Of a DNA stretch of 64,000 nucleotides, positions 29,809 to 40,440 are shown one piece after another. The translations under genes and the position numbers were made by a program. The DNA lies in IMG/VR virus record IMGVR_UViG_3300011008_002687, positions 1-64,000 of that record. One strand, given 5' to 3'. The notes under the pieces were generated by a model, which saw only the letters and a program-made list of their open reading frames with translations, did not search any database and had not been told where the DNA came from. The DNA is from a virus (Duplodnaviria > Caudoviricetes). How positions within the stretch are numbered: the first letter of the stretch is position 1; each line of letters opens with the position of its first letter.

Positions 29809-32800
29809 TTACGCCTCCTTTACCGGCATATTGGAGAATACCTCGCCCAGTTTTTCGGCAATCTCGCCTCCAAGCTCGTCGGCAATCTCTTTCATGTGCC
29901 GCCTTATTGTCTGAACAATGTCCTCTTCGGTCTGTCCGTTCTCTCCGGTGATGTTAAACTCCGGTGTCATGCTGACGCTTACCTGGACTGGCGGGCCAAC
30001 CGATTCAGATTTACCTCCGGTCACTTTCGGAGATACTGGTGCGGTAGCCTCATAACTACCCTCTGTGGATTCGTTATAGGCTCGTGCGTCGTTTCTAACT
30101 GCGTCTGTGAGGAAATTATTACCTTGTGCATAATCACTCAAATATGAGCCGCTTACATAACCCCCTTCTGCGTGCTGTGATACACCCAACGCTCTACCTG
30201 CCTGCTGATACAATTCGATGGCATCTGAACGCCTGCTCGGATTCGTAGGGATAATGAACTCTCCCCAACCTTCCTCTGCAAGCCAAGATAGCTGAGGACC
30301 TCCGCTGACATAACCTCCCGCAGCATGACCGCTCGGATTAGTTGTTAGCGTCGTCGGAAGTGTCAACCCGGAATATGTCGGATTTATCGTTATCTTCGCA
30401 TTGACCGCAAACGGATTTGCAAAGGCATCATTGAGTGCCGACTGTGCCGACGATCTGAACACCGAAGAGCCGTTAAGCAGCTCCGTTGACAATCCCTCAT
30501 TGAACTTCGCACCGCTGAGTGTTCCTGTCTGCAGATACTCCGCAAGCAACTGGTCGTAATATTCGTTGCTGATAGGTCCAGGAGCAAATTGCTTTACAAG
30601 TTCGTTGAACTCGTCCATGTTCGGCTGATTTACCGTAACAATCTGAGCAAAATATTCATCCATCACCTTTTGCAGTGCCTCCGGATCAAGATTCTCCTGC
30701 ATGGTCCTCTCGATGTTCTCTGATATAGACTTAGCTGCACTTTGCCAGTCATAGCCACTATTCGTATAGTAGTCCACGATGCTTTGTGTCTTATCCGTAA
30801 CTCCGATACTTTGTCCCTGTCCAAATGTTGGATCAATTAGCGACATCAATTTGTCTTGGTCTCCAAAAGTGAATGAACTCCAATCAATCGCCGCATAAAT
30901 TTCGTCTGCCGTCGGGATGCACTCCTTGTAACTTTCGATCAACTGCTCTTTGGTAGCGTCTGTATTTGCCTGTGCCGACTGGATAAGTTGTGCCGCAAGC
31001 GGCGTTGCTACATCCGTAGGCAGCTTATCAAGACCAAGCCAACCAATTACATCTGCCGTAGTCCATGATGCTGTGTCCGGATGTGAAATCATGGCATTAT
31101 TGATTGCCTGCTGTAACTTCTCCTGCGTCGTACCCTCAAAGTACGGCAATATTCCGTTCAGCTCCGTCTCGTATGCCGTAGCAATCGCATCGAGATTGAA
31201 ATTGTTTATCCTCACACTTACATCATTAAGCTGTGCCTGGTAGCCCTCCGTTGCCTCCTGGACTGCTTTATCGTACTCTGCCTGTGTGATAGCACCCTCA
31301 GCAAGTTCAAGATTGAGATTTGTCAATGTCAGCGTCAAAGCCTCGTCGAAACTGTCTTGAGCTGCCTGGGAATATGCCGTAAGTTCTTCCTGCATAGCCT
31401 GGAATGACTCCGCATCCAGTTCCGCTCCGGAATATTTGATACCGATAGCCTGCAACTGTGCCTCGCTCTTTGCCTCAGAAATCTTATTTGTGATGTTGCT
31501 GATCTTTTGCTGATATTCCTCTATGATCGCCATTTCATCAACATCTATTATTCCATCTGTCAAAGCGTTCTCAATCGCCTCGGAAAGCCCCTGGCTTAAT
31601 TCTGTTGTCTGTGTCTTAAACCCTTCGTACATAGAATCAAGCCCGGTAGTGTCGCCACTTCCATTTGTCAGAAGTTGCAGGGCTACCGTAGCCTCGTAGT
31701 GATTATCCTCTATGTACGCCTGTGCTGAGCTAACGAAATTATCTATCGCCGTCCGGTAACTGTCTCTTTCACTCTCCGAAAGTTCCATACCAAGACCGAC
31801 CTTCCAGTTCTGCTTTTTCATTGCTGTTACCGACTGCTGCAGAGTGTTCAGAGAAGAATCAGCCTGCGCTACTGCTGAGGTAAACTCATTCAGACTGTCA
31901 GCCATATTCCCGAAAGTAATCTCGCTTGCCAGTTTCTTTATTTCCGTAAGTGACAGGTGGATGTCTCCAAACGCTTTATCCATAACCTTGGCGCACTGCT
32001 CCTGGAACATGGACGCAAACTCTTCCGCAGAAACTTCCGAATCGTTCATCGCTTGCGTCAGAGCCTCGTTTGAAAACCTCACCTTGTCAATATCCATTCC
32101 GGTTGCCTGGAATACCTTTCGTGCCTTTTCTGCCTCTTCCTGCATTTTCTGCACATTTTCCTCGTACTCCTTCTTGACGCTGTTTCCCTTGATCCATCCG
32201 GCTATACCTCCAACACCGGCACCAATTAAAGCACCGACTGCCGTACCAAGACCAGGAATAACACTACCAAGTGCGGCACCTGCCGCTGCTCCGGCTGCTA
32301 CACCGCCAAATTTCCAAGCGGCTGATTCTCCGTATGCTGCAGATTCCTCTTTGCTGTCGGACTTGATCGCCTTGTAGGTATCAAGCGCACCGCTAATGAT
32401 TGTTGCTCCTGCGGCAATAGCTCCACCGGCTGCACCCATACCAAGACCACTTAATGCCCCTGCACTGAGAGATGCACCGCCCGCAAGGTTTCCTGCCCCC
32501 AGGTTGATTGCTAACATTGCCGAATTACCGAGAAGTCCGGTTCCTGCCGCCGCTGAACCCATTAGCGCACCCATTAAGGATGTGCCGGTTGCCGCATTGG
32601 TTCCGAATAATGCCTTGCCCATGCCAAAAGCACCTTTGCCAAGACCGATAAACGGACTTGCAATCTTGCTGAGCAGGATAGCAGACATAATAGACGACAA
32701 TCCTGCCGCCTGTCCTCCCGGAAGTAACTTTCCGGCATCTTTCAGCAGGTTTCCAAGCCCCTGCCATAGTTTTTCTGATACTACATCGAAGTCAAAACCC

Positions 32801-34488
32801 TCTGAAAATCCTCTTGCAAAGGATGCTCCGATACTGGCTCCCTCGTCTACGGTTTCGCTGATGTCAATACCGAGTAAAGTCATGATCCCGACCTTTAAGC
32901 CGGTACCGATTGCCTGGCCGATGTCCTCTGAGAAATGAGCAAACTTTGCTTTTCCTGTGGTCTGCCACCACTCCGAAAACGGCTCAACGATAAATTCATC
33001 CCAAAGGATATGAGCTTTTCCGAAGAAATCAGCATTTTGCCACTCGTCCGTATCGGTTATCTCGCTGAATTTCCTCTTCATGCGATCAACTTTTACATCA
33101 ACCCAGTCCATAAGTTCGTCAAGTCCCATCTCAACCGCCGGCATCTGATCCGTCAGCCAGTCAGCAAGGCTACGCACATACGGAGATAGTCTTTCGCCAA
33201 AGGAGATTTTCACTCCGTCAACCGCACTCTGTAACAAGGTAATCGAACCCTGCAGATTATCCATCATGGTATCCGCCATAGATGCGGCTGCTCCGTCAGC
33301 GTTCTCGATAGCATCCTGCAATTTCTTATAATCTGCCTCAGACGCATTTAAGACTGCAAGCAAGCCCTTCTGTGCCTGGGTGCCTGCTATCGTGTTAGCA
33401 AGACTGGATTTCTGCTCGTCGTTCATACCTGCCGTTGCTGTTCTCAATTCCTCGATTACATCCGACAGGTCTCTCGCTTTTCCTGCAGAATCAAAATACT
33501 CGATACCCAAATCAGATAACGCATCTCTCGCATTGCCTGTGTTCGTGGATAACCGAGTAAAAATCATATTCAAAGCGGTACCGGACATGGTTGCCTTGAT
33601 ACCGCTATTTGCCATAAGTCCGGTCATGAGGGCAACGTCCTCGATGGAATATCCGAGGGTGCCCGCCATGGCACCGGCATATTTGAAAGTCTCACCCATC
33701 ATTGAGACATTTGTATTCGCATTTGATGCTGCCGCCGCCATTACATCGGAGAAATGCCCTGCATCACTTGCCTGCATATTAAACGCTGTCAATGCGTCTG
33801 TCACAATGTCAGAAGTCGTCGCAAGGTCCGCTCCGGATGCGGCTGCAAGGCTCAGGATTCCTTCGATGCCGTTCAGCATATCGTCTGTTTTCCAACCGGC
33901 CATTGCCATGTAGTTAAACGCCTCTGCAGATTCCGTCGCCGTAAACTTCGTTGTTGAACCCATCTCTTTCGCCTTGGCTGTCAGCTTATCCAACTCACTT
34001 CCGGTTGCTCCGCTGATTGCCTGCACCTGTGACATAGCAGCCTCAAAGTTCTTGTACGTCTCTATCGTGTCCTTTAGACCGATACTCACTCCGAGGACTG
34101 CCCCTACTTGAAAGATAGGATTCTTCAACAGATTTATGATTCCCCGGACCGGGGAGGTTATGAGGTCAATAGCCCGCATTGTGACGCTCCAAGTCTTTCC
34201 GGCAAAACTCCGGAGGCCACCGCCTAAAGTCTGCAGGATAGGAGAAATCTTATCTTTGGCCTCAAGCATAATCTCATACTTCTCTTTGGCCCATTTTGAC
34301 AAGCTGCTCTCGGTTTTCTGTGCCTGCCTGTCAAACGCACTAACCGTCTGCCCCGCTTTCTTTGCGGAACTGTTCGCATTGTTCGCCGCTCTTTCCATGT
34401 TCTCGAATTTTCTCGTGACATTGGAAAGCTCCGGATCGGTGTTATCTATCGTCTCTATGGGTATCTCAATCCGAACTGTTTCAGCCAT
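29809..34488 (-). CDS. Tape measure protein
   Basis: 1559 aa; TP901-type core FEAAMSQVQAISGAT...AMAGW. Confidence 0.93.
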   Translation of the reverse strand: MAETVRIEIPIETIDNTDPELSNVTRKFENMERAANNANSSAKKAGQTVSAFDRQAQKTESSLSKWAKEKYEIMLEAKDKISPILQTLGGGLRSFAGKTWSVTMRAIDLITSPVRGIINLLKNPIFQVGAVLGVSIGLKDTIETYKNFEAAMSQVQAISGATGSELDKLTAKAKEMGSTTKFTATESAEAFNYMAMAGWKTDDMLNGIEGILSLAAASGADLATTSDIVTDALTAFNMQASDAGHFSDVMAAAASNANTNVSMMGETFKYAGAMAGTLGYSIEDVALMTGLMANSGIKATMSGTALNMIFTRLSTNTGNARDALSDLGIEYFDSAGKARDLSDVIEELRTATAGMNDEQKSSLANTIAGTQAQKGLLAVLNASEADYKKLQDAIENADGAAASMADTMMDNLQGSITLLQSAVDGVKISFGERLSPYVRSLADWLTDQMPAVEMGLDELMDWVDVKVDRMKRKFSEITDTDEWQNADFFGKAHILWDEFIVEPFSEWWQTTGKAKFAHFSEDIGQAIGTGLKVGIMTLLGIDISETVDEGASIGASFARGFSEGFDFDVVSEKLWQGLGNLLKDAGKLLPGGQAAGLSSIMSAILLSKIASPFIGLGKGAFGMGKALFGTNAATGTSLMGALMGSAAAGTGLLGNSAMLAINLGAGNLAGGASLSAGALSGLGMGAAGGAIAAGATIISGALDTYKAIKSDSKEESAAYGESAAWKFGGVAAGAAAGAALGSVIPGLGTAVGALIGAGVGGIAGWIKGNSVKKEYEENVQKMQEEAEKARKVFQATGMDIDKVRFSNEALTQAMNDSEVSAEEFASMFQEQCAKVMDKAFGDIHLSLTEIKKLASEITFGNMADSLNEFTSAVAQADSSLNTLQQSVTAMKKQNWKVGLGMELSESERDSYRTAIDNFVSSAQAYIEDNHYEATVALQLLTNGSGDTTGLDSMYEGFKTQTTELSQGLSEAIENALTDGIIDVDEMAIIEEYQQKISNITNKISEAKSEAQLQAIGIKYSGAELDAESFQAMQEELTAYSQAAQDSFDEALTLTLTNLNLELAEGAITQAEYDKAVQEATEGYQAQLNDVSVRINNFNLDAIATAYETELNGILPYFEGTTQEKLQQAINNAMISHPDTASWTTADVIGWLGLDKLPTDVATPLAAQLIQSAQANTDATKEQLIESYKECIPTADEIYAAIDWSSFTFGDQDKLMSLIDPTFGQGQSIGVTDKTQSIVDYYTNSGYDWQSAAKSISENIERTMQENLDPEALQKVMDEYFAQIVTVNQPNMDEFNELVKQFAPGPISNEYYDQLLAEYLQTGTLSGAKFNEGLSTELLNGSSVFRSSAQSALNDAFANPFAVNAKITINPTYSGLTLPTTLTTNPSGHAAGGYVSGGPQLSWLAEEGWGEFIIPTNPSRRSDAIELYQQAGRALGVSQHAEGGYVSGSYLSDYAQGNNFLTDAVRNDARAYNESTEGSYEATAPVSPKVTGGKSESVGPPVQVSVSMTPEFNITGENGQTEEDIVQTIRRHMKEIADELGGEIAEKLGEVFSNMPVKEA

Positions 34489-35202
34489 CTTCCTTTTCGC
34501 CTCCTTTCCTTGATTCCAGGGTTATGCGCATGGATGCAAGCATAAATGCCTGCACCCCGCGCGGTTTCATGTAAAATTCGTCCGGGGTAATTCCTGTTGT
34601 CTGAAAGATGTGGTGCAACAGGCAGAGCTTACCTCCGGCCTCGATCAGTTTTTTGCTACTTCCTCGATGTTGGACTCATAGCCGCTGAGACGGTCAATCG
34701 CCTCAATGACCTTATCCTTCTCGCCTGCCTTTAACGCAAACTCGATTACATCCAGTCCGTTCATTACCTGGTATTCCTTGTTTCTGAGGGTTTCCCATAC
34801 CTTCTTGTTGTCCCACAGCTTTGCTCTATCCTCGTCGGTGGTTGCCGTATAGATGATTGCGGACTGATACTTCACACGATCCGTTTCATCCGGCATCTTC
34901 ATACCGAGCTGGCGGTTACGAACATACTTCGTATGCTTTTTACGGCACTTCTCGTATTCTTCAGCTCCAAGAGGACGGATATTGAAAGCAAAGAACAGCT
35001 TGCCTTCACGAACAATCTCAATCCTCTGCTTTTCGTCATTGGCAAACTCTACCGCATCGATTAAGCCCTGGATGAAATCCTCTTCATTCGTGCGGACCTG
35101 CTCCTTTGTTTCCTCTTCGGTAAAGTCCTTTTCCTCTACCTTTGCATCTTCCGTTACCTCAGCCTCACCAACTGCAACACCTTTTACAAAATCCTTAGAC
35201 AT
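34481..35202 (-). CDS. Tail assembly chaperone (XkdN-like; short form 34645-35202) with -1 frameshift extension
   Basis: A AAA AAC immediately before TGA; -1 frame open to 34481. Confidence 0.8.
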
Positions 35203-35236
35203 ATTGTTTTCCTCCTAAAATTTTTCTTGATAAACT

Positions 35237-35265
35237 AAAAGAGGGAGACACGCTGCCTCCCTCTC
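35237..35265 (-). terminator. Terminator after tail tube gene
   Basis: AGAGGGAGGCA-GCG-TGTCTCCCTCT followed by TTT. Confidence 0.7.
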
Positions 35266-35285
35266 AAACTCTGATGATCTGTCTC

Positions 35286-35747
35286 TTATGAATCAATGCC
35301 AAGCAAAGACTGCAGCTTAGGCGGTCTGTTGACAAAGAAGTTCCACTGGCGCTTAATAACATCACCGACAGCGATATTCTGAATGTCAACCTGGCCGGAA
35401 GGGATACAATCTCTGTAAACAACTCTTTCCTCGGAACCATTTCTGCCAAGCAAGGAACCCTGGAAATCCCATCTCGGCATTTCCTGTGTTTCCAAAGCAG
35501 TCATAAGCTCCTGGATAAAAGCGTCGTCCTCGACCACAATCTGCGACATCGTAAGGTTGACCGCAAAAGTGTTGGCCGTCTCATGCTCCTGTGCGTCGCC
35601 CAGTACGCTATACTTCGCATTGTTGTAATTCACATTGGACTGGAAAGACTCTACCGTTGCAAGCAGTACGCCGTCTGCATTGTAAAATGCTCCGTCTTTA
35701 CCGGTTCTTGCGTGTCGGGAGTCGCCCGCTGCTCTCACATTTCTCAT
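35286..35747 (-). CDS. Tail tube protein (XkdM-like)
   Basis: Follows sheath; size and sequence character. Confidence 0.8.
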   Translation of the reverse strand: MRNVRAAGDSRHARTGKDGAFYNADGVLLATVESFQSNVNYNNAKYSVLGDAQEHETANTFAVNLTMSQIVVEDDAFIQELMTALETQEMPRWDFQGSLLGRNGSEERVVYRDCIPSGQVDIQNIAVGDVIKRQWNFFVNRPPKLQSLLGIDS

Positions 35748-35764
35748 TGCCTATTTCCTCCTTC

Positions 35765-37180
35765 TTACTCTTCGTTGGTGCTAAAACGGAACAGGAAGGT
35801 CAGATAGATATGCTCCATCGAATCCTTGTCGATCACGTCAATATCGAACCATGCGCTGTCTCCGTCTGCGGTATAAACGCTGCTCTCCGTTACGTTGCAG
35901 GCTACCAGTTTGCTCTCAGCGATCATTGCATCACCTACGCCCTGGATTTGGCTGATAACCGTCAAGCGTCCGTTCTTGTCGTTATCCACCTTGCCTACAA
36001 GGTTGTCGGTAGTGGTATTGACACGACGGATCAGCTCGAAACGAGTCTTTACCCTGCGGATTTTCTTCCATCCATCGTCCTGGTTGTCTGCCGGAGTAAT
36101 AAGCGTATTGATGGCATTGTCGATCCATACCTGCTTTTCCTTGTTGTAGGTCAGCACGATACAGCCCTTCTTCTCTGCATTGATTACCTCGGTGTTTGTC
36201 AACTTCTCCAAAATCTCGGTAAAGCCGTTTACTACCGTATGGGTAAGCGAAGATGCTGAGGAAACAGCACCGATCATACCGGCAATTCTCGCCGCAGTCT
36301 TATATCCGTCAATCGTGGTACCCTGCTCATTGATCTTTGCGTTCAGCACGTAATGCATCTTCTCGTCATTGAAAGCCGCAGCGTGTGCCATTCTCGTTTC
36401 AAGCTCCACAGTCTGCGCCTCTGCAACAACAGCCTGCGCAAGAGATGCTGCATCAAAAATACGGTTCACGAAGGACTGCAGGAGCAGATGAATCGTCGTA
36501 TCTTCCGTATCAACGCAGATCGTGTTGAACTCATAAGGCTCTACCTGTGCAAAAGCGTTGGAATAATCGCTGTTCGTTGCCGTCGGATTGGTTCCTGCGG
36601 TAAATGCACTCTGAGATACGATTGCCAGGGTTGCGTTCTCCTTTCCGGTTGCTACCTCTGCCGAGAACTTCTTGGAAGATGCCAGGGCATTTTTGAGGGC
36701 GGTTGCCTCTCCGGTACCTGCCGCAAACTCCACCTTCTCAAATTCAGTCGTTCCGGAATAGATGATGCACTCCTTCAAAGTAGCGTCTGAAAGTTTGGTG
36801 CGGATCGTCACCGTAAAGTTCTTTGCTCCCGGATACTTGCAGGTAATGGTTACTGCGGTTGCAGGAGTTTCCGCTGTGTCTTTCAGCGTTACATTTCCTG
36901 CGGTACCGCCACTTCCTACTCTGCAGGCGATGATCGTCTTTGCTCCACCCGCAAACGCCTCTTTCAGAGCGTCGGTTGTGAGAGCGTCACCAAAGGTTGA
37001 CTCATACCCGTCCTCTGCACTTAACTCCACTGCCTCATTCAGAGGACCGAAATCAGACTTGAAGATAACCGCCGTTACGCCATTCATAACGCTTGCGGCA
37101 GCATTTCCGCCCTTTTTCTGAATGTTGAAGTAGGAGCCAGGGCGCACCTTAGTTTCTCCTAAAATAAATGTTCCTGCCAT
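35765..37180 (-). CDS. Tail sheath protein (XkdK-like)
   Basis: KVRPGSYFN...SLTH...KKIRRVK. Confidence 0.9.
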   Translation of the reverse strand: MAGTFILGETKVRPGSYFNIQKKGGNAAASVMNGVTAVIFKSDFGPLNEAVELSAEDGYESTFGDALTTDALKEAFAGGAKTIIACRVGSGGTAGNVTLKDTAETPATAVTITCKYPGAKNFTVTIRTKLSDATLKECIIYSGTTEFEKVEFAAGTGEATALKNALASSKKFSAEVATGKENATLAIVSQSAFTAGTNPTATNSDYSNAFAQVEPYEFNTICVDTEDTTIHLLLQSFVNRIFDAASLAQAVVAEAQTVELETRMAHAAAFNDEKMHYVLNAKINEQGTTIDGYKTAARIAGMIGAVSSASSLTHTVVNGFTEILEKLTNTEVINAEKKGCIVLTYNKEKQVWIDNAINTLITPADNQDDGWKKIRRVKTRFELIRRVNTTTDNLVGKVDNDKNGRLTVISQIQGVGDAMIAESKLVACNVTESSVYTADGDSAWFDIDVIDKDSMEHIYLTFLFRFSTNEE

Positions 37181-37182
37181 TG

Positions 37183-37431
37183 TTACTTAACCTCCTTTTT
37201 CAAGAATTTATCCACAATCTCCTTGGCCTCGGAGAGTGTGCAGGTTTCCTTTTCAGCGGCTCTCAATGCTGCCACTACGCACTCAGGTCTCGTCTTAAAC
37301 AGCGTGCTTGCGTTCTGTGCGAACTCTGCGGCTGTGTACTCCGATTCCTGTTGTTCTGCCTTTACCACCGGCTTTACCTCCTGCTTAGTCGCAGTCTCGG
37401 CGGTATTGGTGTCTTTCTGCTCTTTCGCCAT
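37183..37431 (-). CDS. Hypothetical pre-sheath protein
   Basis: GGAGG RBS, MAKEQ. Confidence 0.55.
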   Translation of the reverse strand: MAKEQKDTNTAETATKQEVKPVVKAEQQESEYTAAEFAQNASTLFKTRPECVVAALRAAEKETCTLSEAKEIVDKFLKKEVK

Positions 37432-37444
37432 CTCTATGACCTCC

Positions 37445-38326
37445 TTATCCAAATTCCACATGAGCCTGCTGCATGGTGTGAGGCTTTGCCTTGTATCTCA
37501 GCAGTCCATAGTGACCTGTTACAAAAATCTGACCGCTTTTCAGATAGTCAGACTTGTAGTTTGCCTGCAGACGGCGTATGAACATCGGGGAATAGTCCAA
37601 CATGATGATCTCTCCATCGAGGGACATCTGATTTGCTATTGCTGCCGCAATCTTTACCCTCGTGGTCGAATCCGGACATAAAATATGGACGGCAATTCTG
37701 CCATCCATCCATGCCACATTATTCGTTTCCTCGGACTTCTCCACCGACAACAGCCTGCAGTACGCTACTGGCCTTTCGGCGCTTATTTCTGTGATTTCCT
37801 CCATCCTGTCATATCCCATAACCAGGCACTCCGGGAACAACTCCTTTATGTACCTGTTGGTAGCAACCACCGGGTCCGGATCAGTCGTTTCGAGCGACGG
37901 ATATTCCATGATGTCAAACCGGACTTCACACCCGATTGTCATGTACGGATTTTCCGTCTTGTCGTTTTCTGTAAAGCTGTCTGTCCTCGCCCATGCAAAA
38001 CAGTATGGTGTGCCGCCTTCCGGCAGCAAGATTACATCTCGCAGGCATTTTCTCACTTCCGGCTCAATAGCCTCCGGCATGATTTCCTCTGTATTCTGAC
38101 AAAGCAGAGACACAGACAGGGTGCCGACGCTGTTTCTCTCTTCATTCGCCTGCATATCGTAGTTATAAACTACTCGTGGGTAATGCGTATTGCCTCCCCA
38201 CTCTTCTTGATTATCCTCCGGCGGTTCCGGACTGAACACAGCGGGATTTCCGGCAAAGGTTGTCAGATGCTTAGTCAGCCCTTCCGATGCGGTAAACCGC
38301 TTATAGATCAGCTCGCTAAGGTTCAT
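37445..38326 (-). CDS. Putative tail terminator/completion protein
   Basis: Synteny; start MNLS. Confidence 0.55.
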   Translation of the reverse strand: MNLSELIYKRFTASEGLTKHLTTFAGNPAVFSPEPPEDNQEEWGGNTHYPRVVYNYDMQANEERNSVGTLSVSLLCQNTEEIMPEAIEPEVRKCLRDVILLPEGGTPYCFAWARTDSFTENDKTENPYMTIGCEVRFDIMEYPSLETTDPDPVVATNRYIKELFPECLVMGYDRMEEITEISAERPVAYCRLLSVEKSEETNNVAWMDGRIAVHILCPDSTTRVKIAAAIANQMSLDGEIIMLDYSPMFIRRLQANYKSDYLKSGQIFVTGHYGLLRYKAKPHTMQQAHVEFG

Positions 38327-38621
38327 CGTTGCCCTCTCCTTCCGTCTCAATGTTGTATTCGTGGACCTCTGCCATATCTTCGGACCACCGGATTTCCCAC
38401 TCTTTGGCTACTGCCTCCGAGACAGGAATAATAAAATGATTCGTTACATTACCGATGCCGGGGTGGTACTGCGCTATGAGCTGATCGCTCTTTGCAGATG
38501 TCACGAACCCCGCTTTGCCTTCGTCCCAGGTCCTGTGCTTAGCCCATATCAAATCGCCTCGCTTGATCTGAGACAAATCGAAGGTAGCAACCGGCTCTGT
38601 GATTACCAATGCCATATCCAC
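38316..38621 (-). CDS. Hypothetical protein
   Basis: ORF with RBS. Confidence 0.6.
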   Translation of the reverse strand: MDMALVITEPVATFDLSQIKRGDLIWAKHRTWDEGKAGFVTSAKSDQLIAQYHPGIGNVTNHFIIPVSEAVAKEWEIRWSEDMAEVHEYNIETEGEGNDEP

Positions 38622-38629
38622 TTACCTCC

Positions 38630-39085
38630 CTATGTGTATGGTTCCTTATAAATCTTCTCGATTTCCGGAGCAGCCTTTTCCTTGATCCTTTCCACAAAAG
38701 GTCTTGCCGCCATGTGTGAGGTTCCGTTTTCGAGATACCCGGCATATTGCTCCTGGCTTTCCAGTTCCGCAATTACTTGAACACCGTTTCCGGTGCCTCC
38801 TTCGGTTCTTACCTGTCCGTTCCAGTGCATACGGAGATTTCCTGTCCTTCGTGCCGGCGGTTCGCCCGGTGCTGATGCGGTATATGTCGCTTTGCTAAAC
38901 GGCTTTCTGTACTGTCTGCCGCTCCTTTGCCCTTTCAGCACTTCAAGCTCAGCGTTCCGGATAGCGTTGACCGCCCGAACACCTCTTGACAATACCTGTC
39001 TGTTGACATTCGCTACCTGGTCTTTCACTTTTGCCCGGATTGCTGCACCTGCGCTCCCCTGTTGGCCATCTACCCATAGTTTCAT
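38630..39085 (-). CDS. HK97 gp10-like neck protein
   Basis: SAPGEPPARRTGNL; YLENGTSHMAARPF. Confidence 0.82.
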   Translation of the reverse strand: MKLWVDGQQGSAGAAIRAKVKDQVANVNRQVLSRGVRAVNAIRNAELEVLKGQRSGRQYRKPFSKATYTASAPGEPPARRTGNLRMHWNGQVRTEGGTGNGVQVIAELESQEQYAGYLENGTSHMAARPFVERIKEKAAPEIEKIYKEPYT

Positions 39086-39438
39086 TTGACATCCCTTCTT
39101 TCCTCTGCATAGTAAAGCGTCGAAACGCCAAGACTTCCGGTGTCGTCAATATCCACGATGTAGAAAACCCGATCTCCGAGTATCAATTTATCTGTCCTCT
39201 TCGCTTTCGGCGGTCCCTGTTGCACAATCGTATGAGTGACAGTATGCTCCTGCGTGCTGTGGCTCTTCTTTTCCTCGTCTGTGGAATCTGCAAGGCAGCC
39301 CCGCAATGTGACGGAGCCATCGCCCTTATGAGTAGTCGCCACTCTTCCTGTGCTTGTGACCTTCTGTGTGTTGCTCTCAACGATAAAGTCCTTGAAAAGA
39401 TTGCCCGGCCTAAGATACATGAATCTCGCATTTATCAT
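39082..39438 (-). CDS. Head closure protein
   Basis: Synteny; start MINARF. Confidence 0.6.
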   Translation of the reverse strand: MINARFMYLRPGNLFKDFIVESNTQKVTSTGRVATTHKGDGSVTLRGCLADSTDEEKKSHSTQEHTVTHTIVQQGPPKAKRTDKLILGDRVFYIVDIDDTGSLGVSTLYYAEERRDVK

Positions 39439-39439
39439 C

Positions 39440-39847
39440 CTATTTCGCCCTTTCGTTCTCCTGCATACCCGTATAGAAGTATGGAGGCTTAGGACCGCTT
39501 TCATCATCGAACAGGGGCGGTACAGAAACGGACTCGACAGCAACTTCTTTCTTCAAGTCGTCGTAGTCTTTCTTCCACTGCTTTGCCCTTTCCTGCAGTT
39601 CCAATGTCAGAGGACCGGTCTTTGTATCAACTTCATAAGCAAAACGGCGATACAGACTTTCCAGTAAAAAGAGCTTTGCCCTTTTCCACTTCGGATGTGT
39701 CGTAATCGCCGCCTCAATCTCTTCATCGGTCAATGCTGATGTATCAGCTCCGCCCTCTACCATCGTGTCGCCCAGTTCAAAGCGCATACGGTCTTTGCCA
39801 TTCTCAGGTATCTTGGCAGGATCATATGTGTATGCACCTTTCGCCAT
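39440..39847 (-). CDS. Head-tail adaptor
   Basis: RFELGDT...LTDEEI. Confidence 0.65.
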   Translation of the reverse strand: MAKGAYTYDPAKIPENGKDRMRFELGDTMVEGGADTSALTDEEIEAAITTHPKWKRAKLFLLESLYRRFAYEVDTKTGPLTLELQERAKQWKKDYDDLKKEVAVESVSVPPLFDDESGPKPPYFYTGMQENERAK

Positions 39848-40428
39848 TAGGTTTCACCTTCCTTATTGCCTTCTGTGGTGTCGTTACCGTTGCCTGCAGC
39901 GTTGTTTTCGCCTTCGGTTAAGGATAAGTTGTCTAACCTGCTTTTAGCCGCCTTTTTGACCGTACTTCTACTGTCAACAAACAAAAGCATTGTCAAAACA
40001 TTCTCGTCCGTAACATCGGCAATCGCTCCGGATGCCTTGTCAGCGTTCAACTGCATAATCTCAAAAGTCTGCTGAATCTGTTCCGGTGTTGCGGGAATCG
40101 CCATAATCTGATCGTTGTTGCCATCGCTCCCTGTCTTAATTGCGATCTGTACCGTTCCCTCGTAGGTTCCCAGTTCAGTCTCTTCCAGTTTCGCAACAGT
40201 CTCTTCGAGTTTGGCTCTTACTTCTGCAACAGCCTCGTCAAACTGCTCCTGCGTGTAAAGAGTGCCGGACTGTTCGCCCGACACCCCTGCACCTTCATTG
40301 TTGGCAATGGCAATGACTCCTAATCTCTCCTGTGCCTTCGGTTCCGCTACCAATTCTGCCGGGATTTCATCACCGATGTAGAATCTCTGCCCGCCAAAGC
40401 TGCAAGGTTTCTTAGCAATCAATTTCAT
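39847..40428 (-). CDS. Hypothetical head-associated protein
   Basis: Follows major capsid gene. Confidence 0.6.
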   Translation of the reverse strand: MKLIAKKPCSFGGQRFYIGDEIPAELVAEPKAQERLGVIAIANNEGAGVSGEQSGTLYTQEQFDEAVAEVRAKLEETVAKLEETELGTYEGTVQIAIKTGSDGNNDQIMAIPATPEQIQQTFEIMQLNADKASGAIADVTDENVLTMLLFVDSRSTVKKAAKSRLDNLSLTEGENNAAGNGNDTTEGNKEGET

Positions 40429-40440
40429 ACCTGCCCCTCC

